From positions 19,166,521 through 19,230,410 of the forward strand of contig NC_069002.1 of NCBI RefSeq assembly GCF_001194135.2: a stretch of 63,890 nucleotides of DNA, given 5' to 3'. Source of the stretch: Octopus bimaculoides. Taxonomy: Eukaryota. The notes under the pieces are model-generated. The model did not search any database. It was not told the origin of the DNA and saw only the letters and a list, made by a program, of their open reading frames with translations. The position numbers were made by a program, and so were the translations under genes. Below, piece after piece: positions 13,127 to 26,820 of this stretch (positions are counted from its first letter, which is position 1; every line of letters begins with the position of its first letter).

Positions 13127-13345
13127 ATACATGCAGGCAATGATATGATAGAGAAGTGGCATTTCTACTGGCCTTGAAGCTCCCGTTGCGTTTTCAGCTG
13201 TCAGCAAGTGTGCTAGTATTGATTGACAAAATGCTAAGCATTTTTTGGAAGTTGCTTCTGGAATTCTCAAGATAGCCACCATATTTGCATGTTCCTTGAA
13301 TAAATATTTCTCCAGTGACAAGGCAGGGCATTTCAACGTCCAACA
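13127..13345 (-). pseudogene. Possible frameshifted relic of an adenylate-forming (AMP-binding/ANL) domain exon
   Basis: After a TAG acceptor: LDVEMPCLVTGEIFIQGTCKYGGYLEN, one extra T at 13262, then PEATSKK; this fits GEIxIxGx5GYLxNPEAT. GTAAGT follows 13127. No other part of such a gene seen. Confidence 0.3.
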
Positions 13346-13802
13346 CTAACAAACGGAATAATTAAAACACCATGTCACGTACTCTAACAATTCTGCATGA
13401 ACTTTGCATTGTACTTTATTTTTCCACCCCAAAAGTCTGAAAAGCAAAGATGGCACGGGCGTGATGTGAACTCAGAACCAATATTAGGACTGATAGAACA
13501 TATCATTGTAGACTGTGCTCTAACGGCTCTGCACCTCGTCGAATTCAATTTATGTGAATGATAACGAGTGTATATATGGGGATAGCAATACTCATATTAC
13601 TGAGGGTATGTATGGTGATACAACACGCATCCCTCATATATATAATATCTGTGTAAGATTTATTGTGTATATATGTGTGTAGAAATATAAGTGTACAAAT
13701 CTGTATGTATGTATATATGAACTAATGCATGTGTCTCTCAATTTACACCATGTATGTGTGTATAGATCACATTTGAAACACCTGTATACAAAACACACAC
13801 AG

Positions 13803-13920
<118 letters not shown>

Positions 13921-14642
13921 CCTTATTTACGCAATAAATGATCAAAGTTTCCTCCGCCAGCGATATACTAAGTCTCGGAAGAAAAGTTAGAGCGTTGAAC
14001 CAAATAACTTGTGGTATTTGTTCTAACCGTCTCCATTGAAATTTAAAATTCAGCCCTAATAAAATTTGCATTTAATTTTCCATGAACGATAGAATAAACT
14101 TCCAATTAGACTCTAAACGCTGGATTAGTGGGGTTGCAGACCCAGTCCTAATCTGTCTTCAATTTGATATTTTCTCCCGGAGCTTTGATGGATTTAATGG
14201 GGTCCAAATTGTAACAAGCATTTTGAGCAGAATGACAAATAAAAGAATAACTTCCCTGTATCCAACTCGGTGACACTGGAATATATGGATCTTGGACAAC
14301 TGTGCAACCTGTCCACCGATTCTTAAATAGCGGAACACGATTTGAAGGGATTTTAGTTGTTATTTCTAGCAAGCGGAGTGATTGCCTGTGCGATATTTCT
14401 GTTCTTTTAGACTAATTTGTGAAATGAGGGCAATGAGACTGCTAATTGAAGGAAATCGATTTACCACCTAAATACCTCGTCGGGTTGTGAAATGTGAATC
14501 CCTCCGACGCTAACCCTTCCACTGTTAACCATTTTGGTGTAATGTATTGCAGTCGATTAACTTCAGGACATTCACGAAACACTCTCGTGAATAAGTCACT
14601 CCCACCGTCACTATCCTGTCTATATTTTGTTTTTCAGACACA

Positions 14643-15044
14643 GATGTAGGAGTGGCTCTGTGGTAAGTAGCTTGCTTACGAACCACTTGATTCTGGGTTC
14701 AGTCACACTGCGTGGCACCTTGGGCAAGTGTCTTCTACTATTGCCTCGGGCCGACCAAAGCCTTGTGAGTGGATTTGATAGACGGAAACTGAAAGAAGCC
14801 CATCGTATTTATGTATATATATGTGTGTATACGTTTGTGTGTCTGTCTTTGTCCCCCCAACTTCGCTTGACAACCGATGCTGGTGTGTTACGTATCCGTA
14901 ACCTAGCGGTTCGGCAAAAGAGACCGATAGAATAAGTACTAGGATTACAAAGAATAAGTCCTGGGGTCGATTTTCTCGACTAAGGGCGCTGTTCCAGCAT
15001 GGCCACAGTCAAATGACTGAAACAAGTAAAAGACTAAAAGAGTA
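14643..15044 (+). mobile_element. SINE family A, full length
   Basis: tRNA-like head (GGAGTGGCTCTGTGGTAAG...GGTTCAGTCAC), central microsatellite, GGGGTCGAT core, ACAAGTAAAAGA tail. Confidence 0.9.
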
Positions 15045-15073
15045 TACTGTCTAGAGGATCACGGTAGATAATG

Positions 15074-15370
15074 ATTTGAGGGAGAGTTGGCTGTTATTTC
15101 TTAACTGGGTAAGCAGCCATGCAAACGACTCCCTGTTTGATTAAAGAAGAGTTACCTTTCTTTCCTTACATGAGTATTGATTACTGGCAGTCGGAGACTC
15201 TAAGAACTCGTACCACCTTGTAGAAATAGCAGCTAAATAACTCTCAAATCACGCCCAATATTATTAAAATTACATGACGGGTTATTTATCCATAAAACGG
15301 TGAATGGTTATGACTGGAACGCCTTCATTCATAAATCTTTTCAATCATATCCGATCTGAGACTAAAGAGT
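15074..15370. repeat. Dispersed repeat family D (GAAATAGCAGCTAAAT...CTCAAATCAC motif), two copies in opposite orientation
   Basis: Related motif also at about 14341, 51190, 54210 and 54440. Confidence 0.55.
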
Positions 15371-15482
15371 AATTACGATTAGGTTTTGAAAGCAGCTCGC
15401 TAATGTCGTTTAAGTGAAGTTAGAAGTTAGGCTAAACTACGCTTATTGCTTCTAAACTAAGTAAACGTTAAACTTTTCATAT

Positions 15483-15559
<77 letters not shown>

Positions 15560-15797
15560 ATTTCTTTCTCTCTCTCTTTCTCTTCTCTGTGTATAATTGT
15601 GTGTGTATGTGTGTATACCTCCCGCTTTTATCTGTCTATCTTTCATTCTCTTTATCTAGGGAATTAAAAAATGTCTGCCGCTGTCAACAGTTGAAACATG
15701 TCATATCACTATCGCCAATCAAAACCATCAGTCCTATCTTGATACACATGGAATAAAGTCGATACACAACAAATTTCTAGATAAACATGTACACACG

Positions 15798-15903
<106 letters not shown>

Positions 15904-16661
15904 AACACACACACACACACACACATACACACACAGACAATCAGTGACATGTACACACGTGAATCTAACCCACATGCTAGTGGTGGTATTCGATATTTTA
16001 AAGGTCAAATATTGTGATTCGTAAATAATTATAGTTTTATTGATGTAAATAATTACAGAGTTTCAAGTGATATCGGAGGTTGTGATTAGAATCTTTTTAG
16101 CCTGTTGACATTTCTAAGACTTTTACTTTGGGTTTCGCTTCCGGTGACGCTTCTGTTTTGGGTTAAGGTTGTTGTTATATACCCTTGGGTCATTGACGAT
16201 CGAACTCGTTTATTAGAGTCGCTGTTATGCAGAGGGAGTCAAGGTGCATGTGTGTGTGTGTTGCATATATATACTTACGTGTGTGTGTGTGTGTACATTT
16301 CAAAATGGATCTCCACCGGTTTCAGAGGTCGGTATTCAGTTATTCAATCAATTAAACGATATTCACATTGATTGAGTATTCCATAGATATGTACCATAAC
16401 GTCATTCTTGGGAAAAACTAGCAGTAAACAGAAATGTGATCGCTTTGAGATACAATCAATCTGTTAGGCTTACGCACAGTTTCCGTCAGCTCCGTTTCGC
16501 CACAAAGTTTAGCGTAAAACGTGGCTACTGTAAAAGGTGTCTAGCCACAATTCCAAGCACTAAGAATTCAAATGGAAACACATGATGCGAGGCAACCATG
16601 AACATTCGCTCATGCTGCCGCCATATACAGTTTGAGAAATTATTTCGCCAAATACATATAT

Positions 16662-17057
16662 TCTTTTATTCTTTTACTTATTTCAGTGACCCAAGGACTT
16701 TTCCTTTGTAAGCCTAGTACTTATTCTATTGATATCATTTGCTGAACCGCTAGGTTACAGGGTTGTAAAAACACCAGCATCGGTCGTCAGGCAATGGATG
16801 GGGGACAAACACAAACACATATCACACACACACACACACATACACACACATACGCACACGCTCACACACACACATATATATATACACATATACGACGGGC
16901 TTCTTCAAGTTTCCGTCAACCAAATCCACACACAAGGCATTGGTTGACCAGAGGCAATTGCCCAGAAGACACTTGCTCATGGTGCCACGCAGTCGGACTG
17001 AAACCGGAACCGTGTGGTTAGGAAGCAATCTTCTTACCACACAGCCACACCTGTGCC
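16662..17057 (-). mobile_element. SINE family A with a small internal deletion
   Basis: Reverse complement of the 14643 copy (CTTACCACACAGCCACACCTG head, AAGCCTAGTACTTATTCTA core). Confidence 0.88.
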
Positions 17058-17770
17058 TGTATATATATATGTGTGTGTGTCCGTGTCCTTGTATGTATGT
17101 GTATATATGTGTGTTCGTGTGTGTGCGTGCGTGCGTGCGTGTGTATGTGTGCGCGCGCGTTTGTGCATGTATATTTGAAATGACTCCATACATGTCTGAG
17201 TTATATAGCAGTATGTCGAAGTTCGATCGTTTAATGATTTTTCATACTTCCTTATTAATCTGTTTAGTTCCTTTCAGAACAATAACCTTCCTAATTCTAT
17301 TCGGTTGGCCATTCAAATCCTCTGCAATATGAATGGGACGATGATAAGACTTCACGTTCGACAATAAAGCCACCAAAGGAGGCTCCAGCGAATGACTTTA
17401 TAATTGACAAAGTGCACAACACCGGATTTAAAATTGCAAATCTTTGTCGATTTCAGGATAAATCTCTTTACGTGATTATATGTTTGGATTTAAATTTTCA
17501 TCGACAAATGAAGCGTTAAATACGAAAATTATGAACACAAAACTGACAAATAATAATGGCGACATAAACAGATTAATTAGTAGAATCCAACATACAACAA
17601 CGCATTCTTCTACAATGATACGAATACAGATTTCATTAAATAAGGTCTGTAAACCCATACATATAATGAAAACCGTATGCACGGTGGTTATACAATGGTT
17701 TGATATGTCATTAAAATATGCATAAACTAGAGCACAATCTGGAGAATAGCTAACCACAATGGCGTTCGTA

Positions 17771-18061
17771 CCTTCTTTTACTTGTTTCTGTCACCAGACT
17801 GCGGCCATGCTGGGGCACCACTTTGAATTTTTAGTCAAATAAATGAATCGACCGCAGGACTTCTATTTTCAACTCATGGTACTTATTCCATTGGTCTCTT
17901 TTGCCGAACCAATAGCTCACACAGATGGAAATAGACCAACACCGGTTATCAAACGGTGATGGTGGAGGACAAATACAGACAAAAAGGCATACATACATAG
18001 GTACATACATACATACATACATATATACATACATACATACATACATAAATATCTATATACA

Positions 18062-18103
<42 letters not shown>

Positions 18104-18119
18104 GCGCGATGGGCTTCTT
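17771..18119 (-). mobile_element. SINE family A, running into a gap
   Basis: CTTTTACTTGTTTC...GCGGCCATGCTGGGGCACC...TTTTGCCGAAC...GATGGGCTTCTT. Confidence 0.85.
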
Positions 18120-18593
18120 NNNNNNNNNNNNNNNNNNNNNNNNNNNNNNNNNNNNNNNNNNNNNNNNNNNNNNNNNNNNNNNNNNNNNNNNNNNNNNNNN
18201 NNNNNNNNNNNNNNNNNNNNNNNNNNNNNNNNNNNNNNNNNNNNNNNNNNNNNNNNNNNNNNNNNNNNNNNNNNNNNNNNNNNNNNNNNNNNNNNNNNNN
18301 NNNNNNNNNNNNNNNNNNNNNNNNNNNNNNNNNNNNNNNNNNNNNNNNNNNNNNNNNNNNNNNNNNNNNNNNNNNNNNNNNNNNNNNNNNNNNNNNNNNN
18401 NNNNNNNNNNNNNNNNNNNNNNNNNNNNNNNNNNNNNNNNNNNNNNNNNNNNNNNNNNNNNNNNNNNNNNNNNNNNNNNNNNNNNNNNNNNNNNNNNNNN
18501 NNNNNNNNNNNNNNNNNNNNNNNNNNNNNNNNNNNNNNNNNNNNNNNNNNNNNNNNNNNNNNNNNNNNNNNNNNNNNNNNNNNNNNNNNNNNN

Positions 18594-18659
<66 letters not shown>

Positions 18660-19194
18660 CACAAACACGCACGCACACATGGTATGTCTTGTGTATACTG
18701 TGAAATGTATGACTGCTACTGTAAAGTTTAGAGCTGCTCGTACATCGTCATTTTTCAGTCTGTTTCCAGTTGAGTGCTTCATGTTTCTACTAATAATAGA
18801 GCAAATGTAGGCAAAAATTACGATAACTAAAACCTGATTTCATTTGTTCCAACGTACGTTTTATCATTGGGATTGTTTAAAACCTTTCATTGGATGCTGC
18901 AAGTGCAATTGCCTCCTTAACCACAACTGACGATAGGGGAATCCTATTTTGTATTATTTTACAGAGACTGCCGTGCTGAAGCATTTCAACTAAAGGTTCT
19001 CAAACAACGATAATGCTTAAACGCGTGAGGGACAAATGATATAAACTTGTGTTTATCACAATTTCCACTCTGTAGACGTGTCAACGTAGGAAACTGTCGA
19101 TTACTATCAGTTTGATGCGTGTCAAGTGCGAATTATCGAAACTGTCGGCCTTTGAGTCCCACTAAATTTTATTAAGCTATTAAGCCTGTGTTGC

Positions 19195-19350
19195 TATAGG
19201 CACAAGGAATGAAATTTTGGGGAAGGGGGCTAGTCAAATATATTGAACCCAGTACTCAACTGGTACTTATTTTATCGACCCCTTCAGAAAAGTATTTGAC
19301 GTCAGAACATAACACTGACGAATTGCCACTAAGCATTTTGTCAGGTGTCT
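19195..19350 (-). mobile_element. SINE family B fragment
   Basis: CCCAGTACTCAACTGGTACTTATTTTATCGACCCC is the reverse complement of the family B core. Confidence 0.7.
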
Positions 19351-19417
19351 GCGAAGGGAAAATATATACTCTTGCTTTTTGTTCTATTTTCCTGTTTGTA
19401 TCACCAAATAATATAAG

Positions 19418-19505
19418 ATGACGATGATGATGATGATCATCATCATGATCATGATCATCATCATCATGATCATCATCATCATGATCATCATCATCGTCAT
19501 CATCG
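19418..19505. repeat. Mixed (GAT)n/(CAT)n trinucleotide array
   Basis: Directly visible; explains ORF 19418..19687. Confidence 0.9.
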
Positions 19506-19798
19506 ACCAGGATTTATGGTCCCATAATTTTCAGTTCAACGTCGAAAATATTATCAGTAATAAAATTACACCCATAATATTTATGGCAACCGCCATTAAA
19601 ATAGTCTCATTTGTAAATGAGATTTCGAAAGTCTCAACACATCAGACGACAGTATTGAAGAATGTCTTCCTTTCAAACGAAACATAAAGAATAAGAAGGA
19701 TAGAGGAAGAGCGTTTAAGCAGAGAACGAAGTTGAATATAGTCACGTGGTTAATGTAACTTGTTTAAAAAAATAATTCTTCCTCATTTGCATGCAAGC

Positions 19799-19852
<54 letters not shown>

Positions 19853-20244
19853 TGTGTGTCTCAGTCTATGTGTGCTTACATTTGAGTGTGTAAAACTTCA
19901 CGCGGGAAATAATTCATGCTTATTTACATATGTGACATTGGTGAAAAATGATACATGCAAAACAGTTTGATACTTTACAATTATTTAAACATAGTGTCAG
20001 CAGCTGTGTTTCCATGTACGTATAAGTATCACACACAAACACACACACACACACACTGCATAGAAATATATGTACACATGTGCGTGTGCGCTGTTTACAT
20101 AAGTATTATGTATGTATTATTTGGTTCAAATTGACACTGGCGACAATAGACGATATAAGTGGAATTACAGTAAATATGATGCGTATTAAACGTCCCAATT
20201 TTTTAACAAATTAACCGCTGCTTGCAAATATATATACATATTGT

Positions 20245-20265
20245 TATTATTATTGTTGTTGTTGC

Positions 20266-20332
<67 letters not shown>
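20245..20332. repeat. (TTA)n/(TTG)n microsatellite
   Basis: Directly visible. Confidence 0.95.
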
Positions 20333-20920
20333 GTGTCTTACACATTTCAGAGACATTGCACGAACATGTTTAGCATTAGATTATTCCTGAAGAAAACAGG
20401 CCAAGTCAAACCAGTGCTGCCACCAAAGGCATGGTCTAGAAATGATCAGGACTACGTATCTAAGTTGTTTATATTCATATTTATAAGTTTAAAGATTAGT
20501 TGAAATATATTGCCGTAGAGTATTCTAAGTATTTCGCACGTTCACAGTTTTGTTTATCTCTCTCCACTTCCATTTGTATATATCATATTTGTATAGTTTA
20601 CGTATCTCTTACTTGTACATGCCTATATTTGGTTGTATCTACAAACATGTGTATGTTTTATCACTACTATCTGTTTGCAGTTGTATTGAATTTAATTTGC
20701 GCTCATTTTCAGTTTCCCTCTCTTACATCTTTCCATAATGTGACAACAATATTTATCGCTTGTTATTCGCATTTTTCAGTTTACACATTTTACTTTATAC
20801 ATTTCTAAAATTTTCAGAAAGAAAACTATATTGGTGCTGTTAAAAGAAAATCTGTGTCAATTGTACTCCATTTGCTTTTGTAATTTATAATCTTTAGTGT
20901 TTACAAGATAAAATGTAATG

Positions 20921-21314
20921 TCAGGGCTGGCTGTGTGGTAAGAAGCTTCCTTCTCAACTACATGGCTCCGGGTTCAGTTCCACTGTCTTCTACACTGACC
21001 TAGGGCCGATCAAAGCCTTGTGAGTGGTTTTGGTAGACGAAAACTGAAAGAAGCCCATCGTATATATATGGACATATTTATATGCGTGTGTGTGATTTTG
21101 TGTCTGTGTTTCTCCCCACACCCCCACACCATCCCTTGACAACTGATGTTGGTTTGTTTACGGCCCTGTAAACTAGTGGTTCGGCAAAGGAGTCCGATAG
21201 AATAAGTAGTAGGCTCACAAAAATAAGTCTTGGGATCTATTTGTTCGACTAAAACCCTTCAAGACGGTGTTCCAGCATGGCCGCAGTCAAATGACTGAAA
21301 CAAGTAAAAGAATA
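20921..21314 (+). mobile_element. SINE family A, near full length
   Basis: Same head, core and tail as 14643-15044. Confidence 0.88.
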
Positions 21315-21324
21315 TATAATGTAG

Positions 21325-21384
21325 TCTTTTATTGTTTTACTAGTTTCTGCAAGAGGCTATGGCTATGCTGGAGCACCGCCCCTC
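21325..21384 (-). mobile_element. SINE family A 3' tail only, tail-to-tail with the previous copy
   Basis: TTTTACTAGTTTC...GGCTATGCTGGAGCACCGCC is the reverse complement of the family A tail. Confidence 0.75.
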
Positions 21385-22560
21385 GGTGTTTTTTGGTTTC
21401 CTTTTCTATTGTTTTGGGTGAAGAAACGAGTCAGACGGAGTTTCTCTTCTTTGTGCCTCTTTCCGCAATGTGGAATTTCATCTGGTGTTTCATCAGATGC
21501 TTTTTGAAGGTTTCCACATCCACAACTCGCAAATCTCTGAGGTTGTTTGGCAAGATGTTAAACAGTTGTGGTCCCCAGAAGCCCAAGCTGTTGCATTATT
21601 ATGTCAGTTATCCGAGAAGAAGACGGGATTGTTGGTATTATGCTGTGCAGTCCATTTCGGTGTTTGGTATCGCTTTTAATTTCAAAATTGGGAGCTAGAA
21701 CTTCCAGGATATTCCATACGTATATCACTGTACACCATTCTCGTCTTCTCTCCAGGGTGTTCCAGCTTCAGTTCTTGTATCCTCCCCCAATAACACATCA
21801 GTTTCACCGAATCAATCTTCTTTGTGTAGTGGTGCTGGATTTCCTCAAGTTCCGCCACGAGCTTGACGTTCTCCGGTGACCACAGTTGGGAGCAATAATC
21901 CAGACAACCGAGAACGAAAGTTCTCCATAGGTGTAGCAAGGTATCCTTATTTCTGCTTCTGAATAATCTAAGAATCAATCCAGTAACTCACCAGTACAAT
22001 GTTGCCATCTTGGTAATATGCACATGGAATGTTGCATCGTTATCATGTGGATTCCCATATCCCGTCCCGCCTCTAAATCTGGGATTGTACTGCCTCCTGC
22101 TCCTATGTTTTCCGATTGCAGTCTGTCCGTGCGTTGAGAGCGGAGTGTTTAAAACTTAGCATCACTGAACTGCACGTTATTTTCATCAGCCCATTTGCAT
22201 ACATGCAGACATCTCGTTTTGCAGTTTTAGTATGTCATGAGGGTCGTTGACCGCCTGTGATAATTTTGTGACTGTACAGCTGTGGGAAAATGTAAGAGAG
22301 CCACTACAAACAATAGTAGACCGAGTACAATTCCCTGAAGAACTCCACTTCGGATTGATGTTTCCCCAGTACCATTGGATGCAGCTGTCTGGCATTTGAC
22401 TTTTAAAATGTCGTACAGCCACTCTCCCAGTTTACCAGTGACAACAAGGTCATGCAGTTTGTGACATAACGTTTCATTTCAACTTGGTCGAAGACTTTGG
22501 CAAAGTCGAGATATATCAAATCCACATATGAGTGGTTGAGCTACTGTTTCAGTACCCAAT
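21385..22560 (-). mobile_element. CR1/L2-group LINE RT and C-terminal relic
   Basis: VDLIYLDFAKVFDQV (about 22540-22480) and ILRLFRSRNKDTLLHLWRTFVLGCLDYCSQLWSP (ORF 21682..21978). Confidence 0.85.
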
Positions 22561-22882
22561 CGTAGTGTTATAGATATCTGTGTGAGACTTTTATGTATAT
22601 ATTTATTTACCTCAATATATACATACATTCGTACGTACACACACACGGACAACACACGCTCGCGCACGCACACATACACACANNNNNNNNNNNNNNNNNN
22701 NNNNNNNNNNNNNNNNNNNNNNNNNNNNNNNNNNNNNNNNNNNNNNNNNNNNNNNNNNNNNNNNNNNNNNNNNNNNNNNNNNNNNNNNNNNNNNNNNNNN
22801 NNNNNNNNNNNNNNNNNNNNNNNNNNNNNNNNNNNNNNNNNNNNNNNNNNNNNNNNNNNNNNNNNNNNNNNNNNNNNNNNNN

Positions 22883-22922
<40 letters not shown>

Positions 22923-23139
22923 TCAATTCAAATAAAAAACAAACACTTCAAATAAACGGATAAAAAACTAAAAAAATCCGCGAACATGCGGATATGCACA
23001 AGAATTACGCTAGCTTGTCGATCGGTGAGAGGAGAGTGTTTAACGTTTCAAGCATAGGTCCTTTTTGGAAAGGAGAAAAGGAAAAAATCCAAAGAAGGAG
23101 GAGAAGAAACAGGCAATATATATATATACATACACTAGC

Positions 23140-25100
23140 AAGGCATCCCGACGTTGCCCAGCTGTTATTACCTACACGCACATTGTATTTATTAGCACCT
23201 TTCTTATGAGCAGAATCGGCAGAGCTAATATATAGTTAATGGCATAATGGAAGTTATTGTTTGTTTAAAGGTGAAGTGGGAGGGTACAATTTACATGAGT
23301 TTGCATGAAAGGGCTTTCCATTTCTAAAAAGGATCAGAAACAGTCAATATAAAGTTTAATATGAACCCCCCTCCAAAAAAAAAACAGAAAAAAGAAAGCC
23401 CTACTAGGTGTAAAGACGTGTGTAAAAAACGAATATGTAACAAAAAATGCGCGCCGAATGTGGGGTCGGTGAGTGTGTAGGGGACTTTCGGAAAATTTAC
23501 AGGATCCAATTTTTCTTCCATAACTTTCACGAAAATGGATATTTATTGATGAAATTTTACCGAAACACCTTTCAAACAACACAGATTACGATTATAAAGA
23601 AAATGTGAGGAAAATGTTTTCCGAAGGGGTGAGAAGAGGACTGTCGGAAAGTTCACATGTTTCGTTCTTTATCATCATAACTTTCAGGATCTACTTTAGC
23701 GCCCGGTCACCAAACCATTTTTCTTTGTTTTAACCAGATTCCTGTTTTCGATGACGGAAATTCCGAATAAGGAAAAAAAAACACTTTTTCAAAATGTTTA
23801 ATTCCTCCCCTCGCACACGCGCGCGCGCGCACACACACACGCACGCACGCACACGCACACGCACACACACACACACACACNNNNNNNNNNNNNNNNNNNN
23901 NNNNNNNNNNNNNNNNNNNNNNNNNNNNNNNNNNNNNNNNNNNNNNNNNNNNNNNNNNNNNNNNNNNNNNNNNNNNNNNNNNNNNNNNNNNNNNNNNNNN
24001 NNNNNNNNNNNNNNNNNNNNNNNNNNNNNNNNNNNNNNNNNNNNNNNNNNNNNNNNNNNNNNNNNNNNNNNNNNNNNNNNNNNNNNNNNNNNNNNNNNNN
24101 NNNNNNNNNNNNNNNNNNNNNNNNNNNNNNNNNNNNNNNNNNNNNNNNNNNNNNNNNNNNNNNNNNNNNNNNNNNNNNNNNNNNNNNNNNNNNNNNNNNN
24201 NNNNNNNNNNNNNNNNNNNNNNNNNNNNNNNNNNNNNNNNNNNNNNNNNNNNNNNNNNNNNNNNNNNNNNNNNNNNNNNNNNNNNNNNNNNNNNNNNNNN
24301 NNNNNNNNNNNNNNNNNNNNNNNNNNNNNNNNNNNNNNNNNNNNNNNNNNNNNNNNNNNNNNNNATGTATGGTTTCATCGTATAAAAGAGGGTTAATAAG
24401 ATTTTGTCCAGAAATCACGTTTTTAAAATTTTAAACTCCTCCCCTCCCCACCGCAATTTCTTAATTTGTAACTTTTCCGATCTTTTTTTTCTTTTTTTTT
24501 TTGTTATCTACGTAGAAAAATACAGAGATTACGAATATGAGAAATATGAATATTCTTTTACAGATTAATTGTTCTTGAAGAAACGCGCAATGCCCCTTTC
24601 CCCACCTCGCTTACTCATCACCTGTCCCCTATCAAAAAGCTAAAATCTCCCAATCTTTCACTTTTTTCTGATGTTTCCCGCATGCGTAGAATTCTACTGA
24701 AATAGCAGACATAAAAATATTAGAGCACCACCAGAAAACCCGACAAGCTAGAAACAACAGGTAAACGACATTTCTGAAGAGTAAGCTGCTTTTTGAAAGT
24801 GGTGAGGTAATGGGTAAAATTAACTTCTTTGGAGGACATTCTCGCATTCGTTGTTTGCGTTAACGAGTCTTAAACTTTATACTGACCTTAGAAACTATGT
24901 ATGGTTTCATCGTATAAAAGGGGATGAGCAAACACGACCTTCTCCACCTTCCCTCCCCAATCAAAATATATATAAACGAAAACACTTCTATCAACAAACA
25001 TTTTTATCCAAAGACATGTATCTGACACCTCATTAACACCACCACCCCAGACACACACCTAAGACATAGAAAATTACTAAAAGAAAGAATTTGGAAAAAC
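23140..25100. mobile_element. Possible non-autonomous Helitron-like (HINE/Lep1-type) remnants
   Basis: Starts ACTAGCAAGGCATCCCGACGTTGCCC; ATGTATGGTTTCATCGTATAAAAG occurs at 24365 and about 24897; family call from resemblance only. Confidence 0.3.
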
Positions 25101-25540
25101 ATCTGGTCATTAGATTTCTGACCAAAGGTCAACTATTCAAATGGCTTCACAAAACATTCCTTTAACACCCCAGCACCTCCCATCTCCACCCCCAATCAAG
25201 TATTTTGTGTTGACCATCCACCACTTTCTTTCAGCTATCATTCATCAACAGTTTTTCACTCTCACACTGATTAACAGACCCCAACTCAAATACGCCCAAA
25301 TCCCATTTTTAGAATCACAAAACCTCAAATGCTTAGATCTGTTTGACAACGAAGTTAACAAGAATTTTTTAACATAGAAGTCAAGAATTTTTTTATAATT
25401 CTCCACACCCAAGTTAACAAAGAACTTACTAGAGCTGTGAACTAAAATTTATATTATTAAAATATTAAAAAATAATAAATTAAACTGATTAGAACTACCA
25501 GTGAAATCATTCTTTTTCTTTTTAAAAAAAAACCCAAACG

Positions 25541-25590
<50 letters not shown>

Positions 25591-25596
25591 CATATA

Positions 25597-26820
25597 TACA
25601 GCGTGCACCTTTTTGGGGTCATTGCTGCATTTTTGTTAACTCTGTATAATCTCTGTTTTAGAAACTAATAATGGCAGACGCTCAGCTTACTGAAGAAATG
25701 AAGAAACATGCTGGTTTTGTGCTGAGCATAGCCATTTAGAAATATCTACAATGTTTCTAAGGGGCTAAAGACTGAAAATGGAAACGTATCACCAATATCA
25801 AAGCATCAAAAGCAATCTAAACTCTCTGAAATCATCAGAACATCTGAATTTATTCAGCAAGTTCAACAGAACATTGATTACAATCCCAGAAAGTCCATGT
25901 GGTCATTTGCAAAATATATCAATGTGACAGAAGGAACAGTTAGAAATGTTGTTCACGAAGACATTAGACATAAGTCTTGTATGACGAGGAAAGGTCAATT
26001 TGTCAGAAAAAGCAAAAGAAAATCACTACACTAGATCTAAAAGGCTCTTAAACAAACTGAAAAATGCAGCAGAAGATTTGATTTGGTTTTTCTCAAACGA
26101 CAAAAACTTCGACCGAGATCAAAAACTTAATCGAAGAAATGACAAATGGTTATGTGCAGACCCATCAGAAGTTCCACGTATTGTGCATACAAAATTTCCT
26201 GCAACTGTCGTGCTTTTAGCGGTTGTCAGCAACGAAGGACATGTGATACCTCCTTATTTCATTCCACATGGCTTTAGAGTTAATTCTGCCGCTTACATTG
26301 AAGTCTTGGAAATAATTGTTAAGACCTAGATAGACAGTGTATGCAATTGAAGGCCATATGTCATACAGTAAGACTCTGCACTATCACACATGGCTCAAGT
26401 AACACAGGAATGGATGGCTGAAAATTTTCCTGATCACATAACCCCTAACATTTGGCATTCTAATTCTCCAAATTNNNNNNNNNNCCCTAACATTTGGCAT
26501 TCTAATTCTCCAAATTTCAATTCATTGCACTATTACAAGTGGAGGGTTGTTGAGCGAGAGGTCAATGAACACGCCCATAACACCAAAGATTCCTTCAAAG
26601 CTGCTATAGTCAGAGTAATGTCCAAAATGAACCATCACCACTTGATTCGAACATGTAGATGATTTACATTTCATATAGAAGTTGTTAAAGCTGAAGGTGG
26701 TTTTATTGAATAACATTATAGAAAAGAAGGTTTAATTTTATCCTCATAGCATTTTTTTGATAAATAAAGTTATTATCTTTTATTATATAATGGTTTTTTT
26801 TAATAAACATAAATGTGTCC
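25597..26820 (+). mobile_element. maT-family (DD37D) transposon, near full length, pseudogenised
   Basis: LIWFFSNDKNFDRDQKLNRRNDKWL...KFPATVVLLAVVSNEGHVIPP...Q*DSALSH...WHSNSPNFNSLHY, with 37 residues between the second D and the third-D position. Confidence 0.9.

Noticed and set aside
26443-26516. 32-bp direct repeat inside the maT element
   Set aside because: It flanks a 10-N gap exactly, so it is an unmerged contig overlap.
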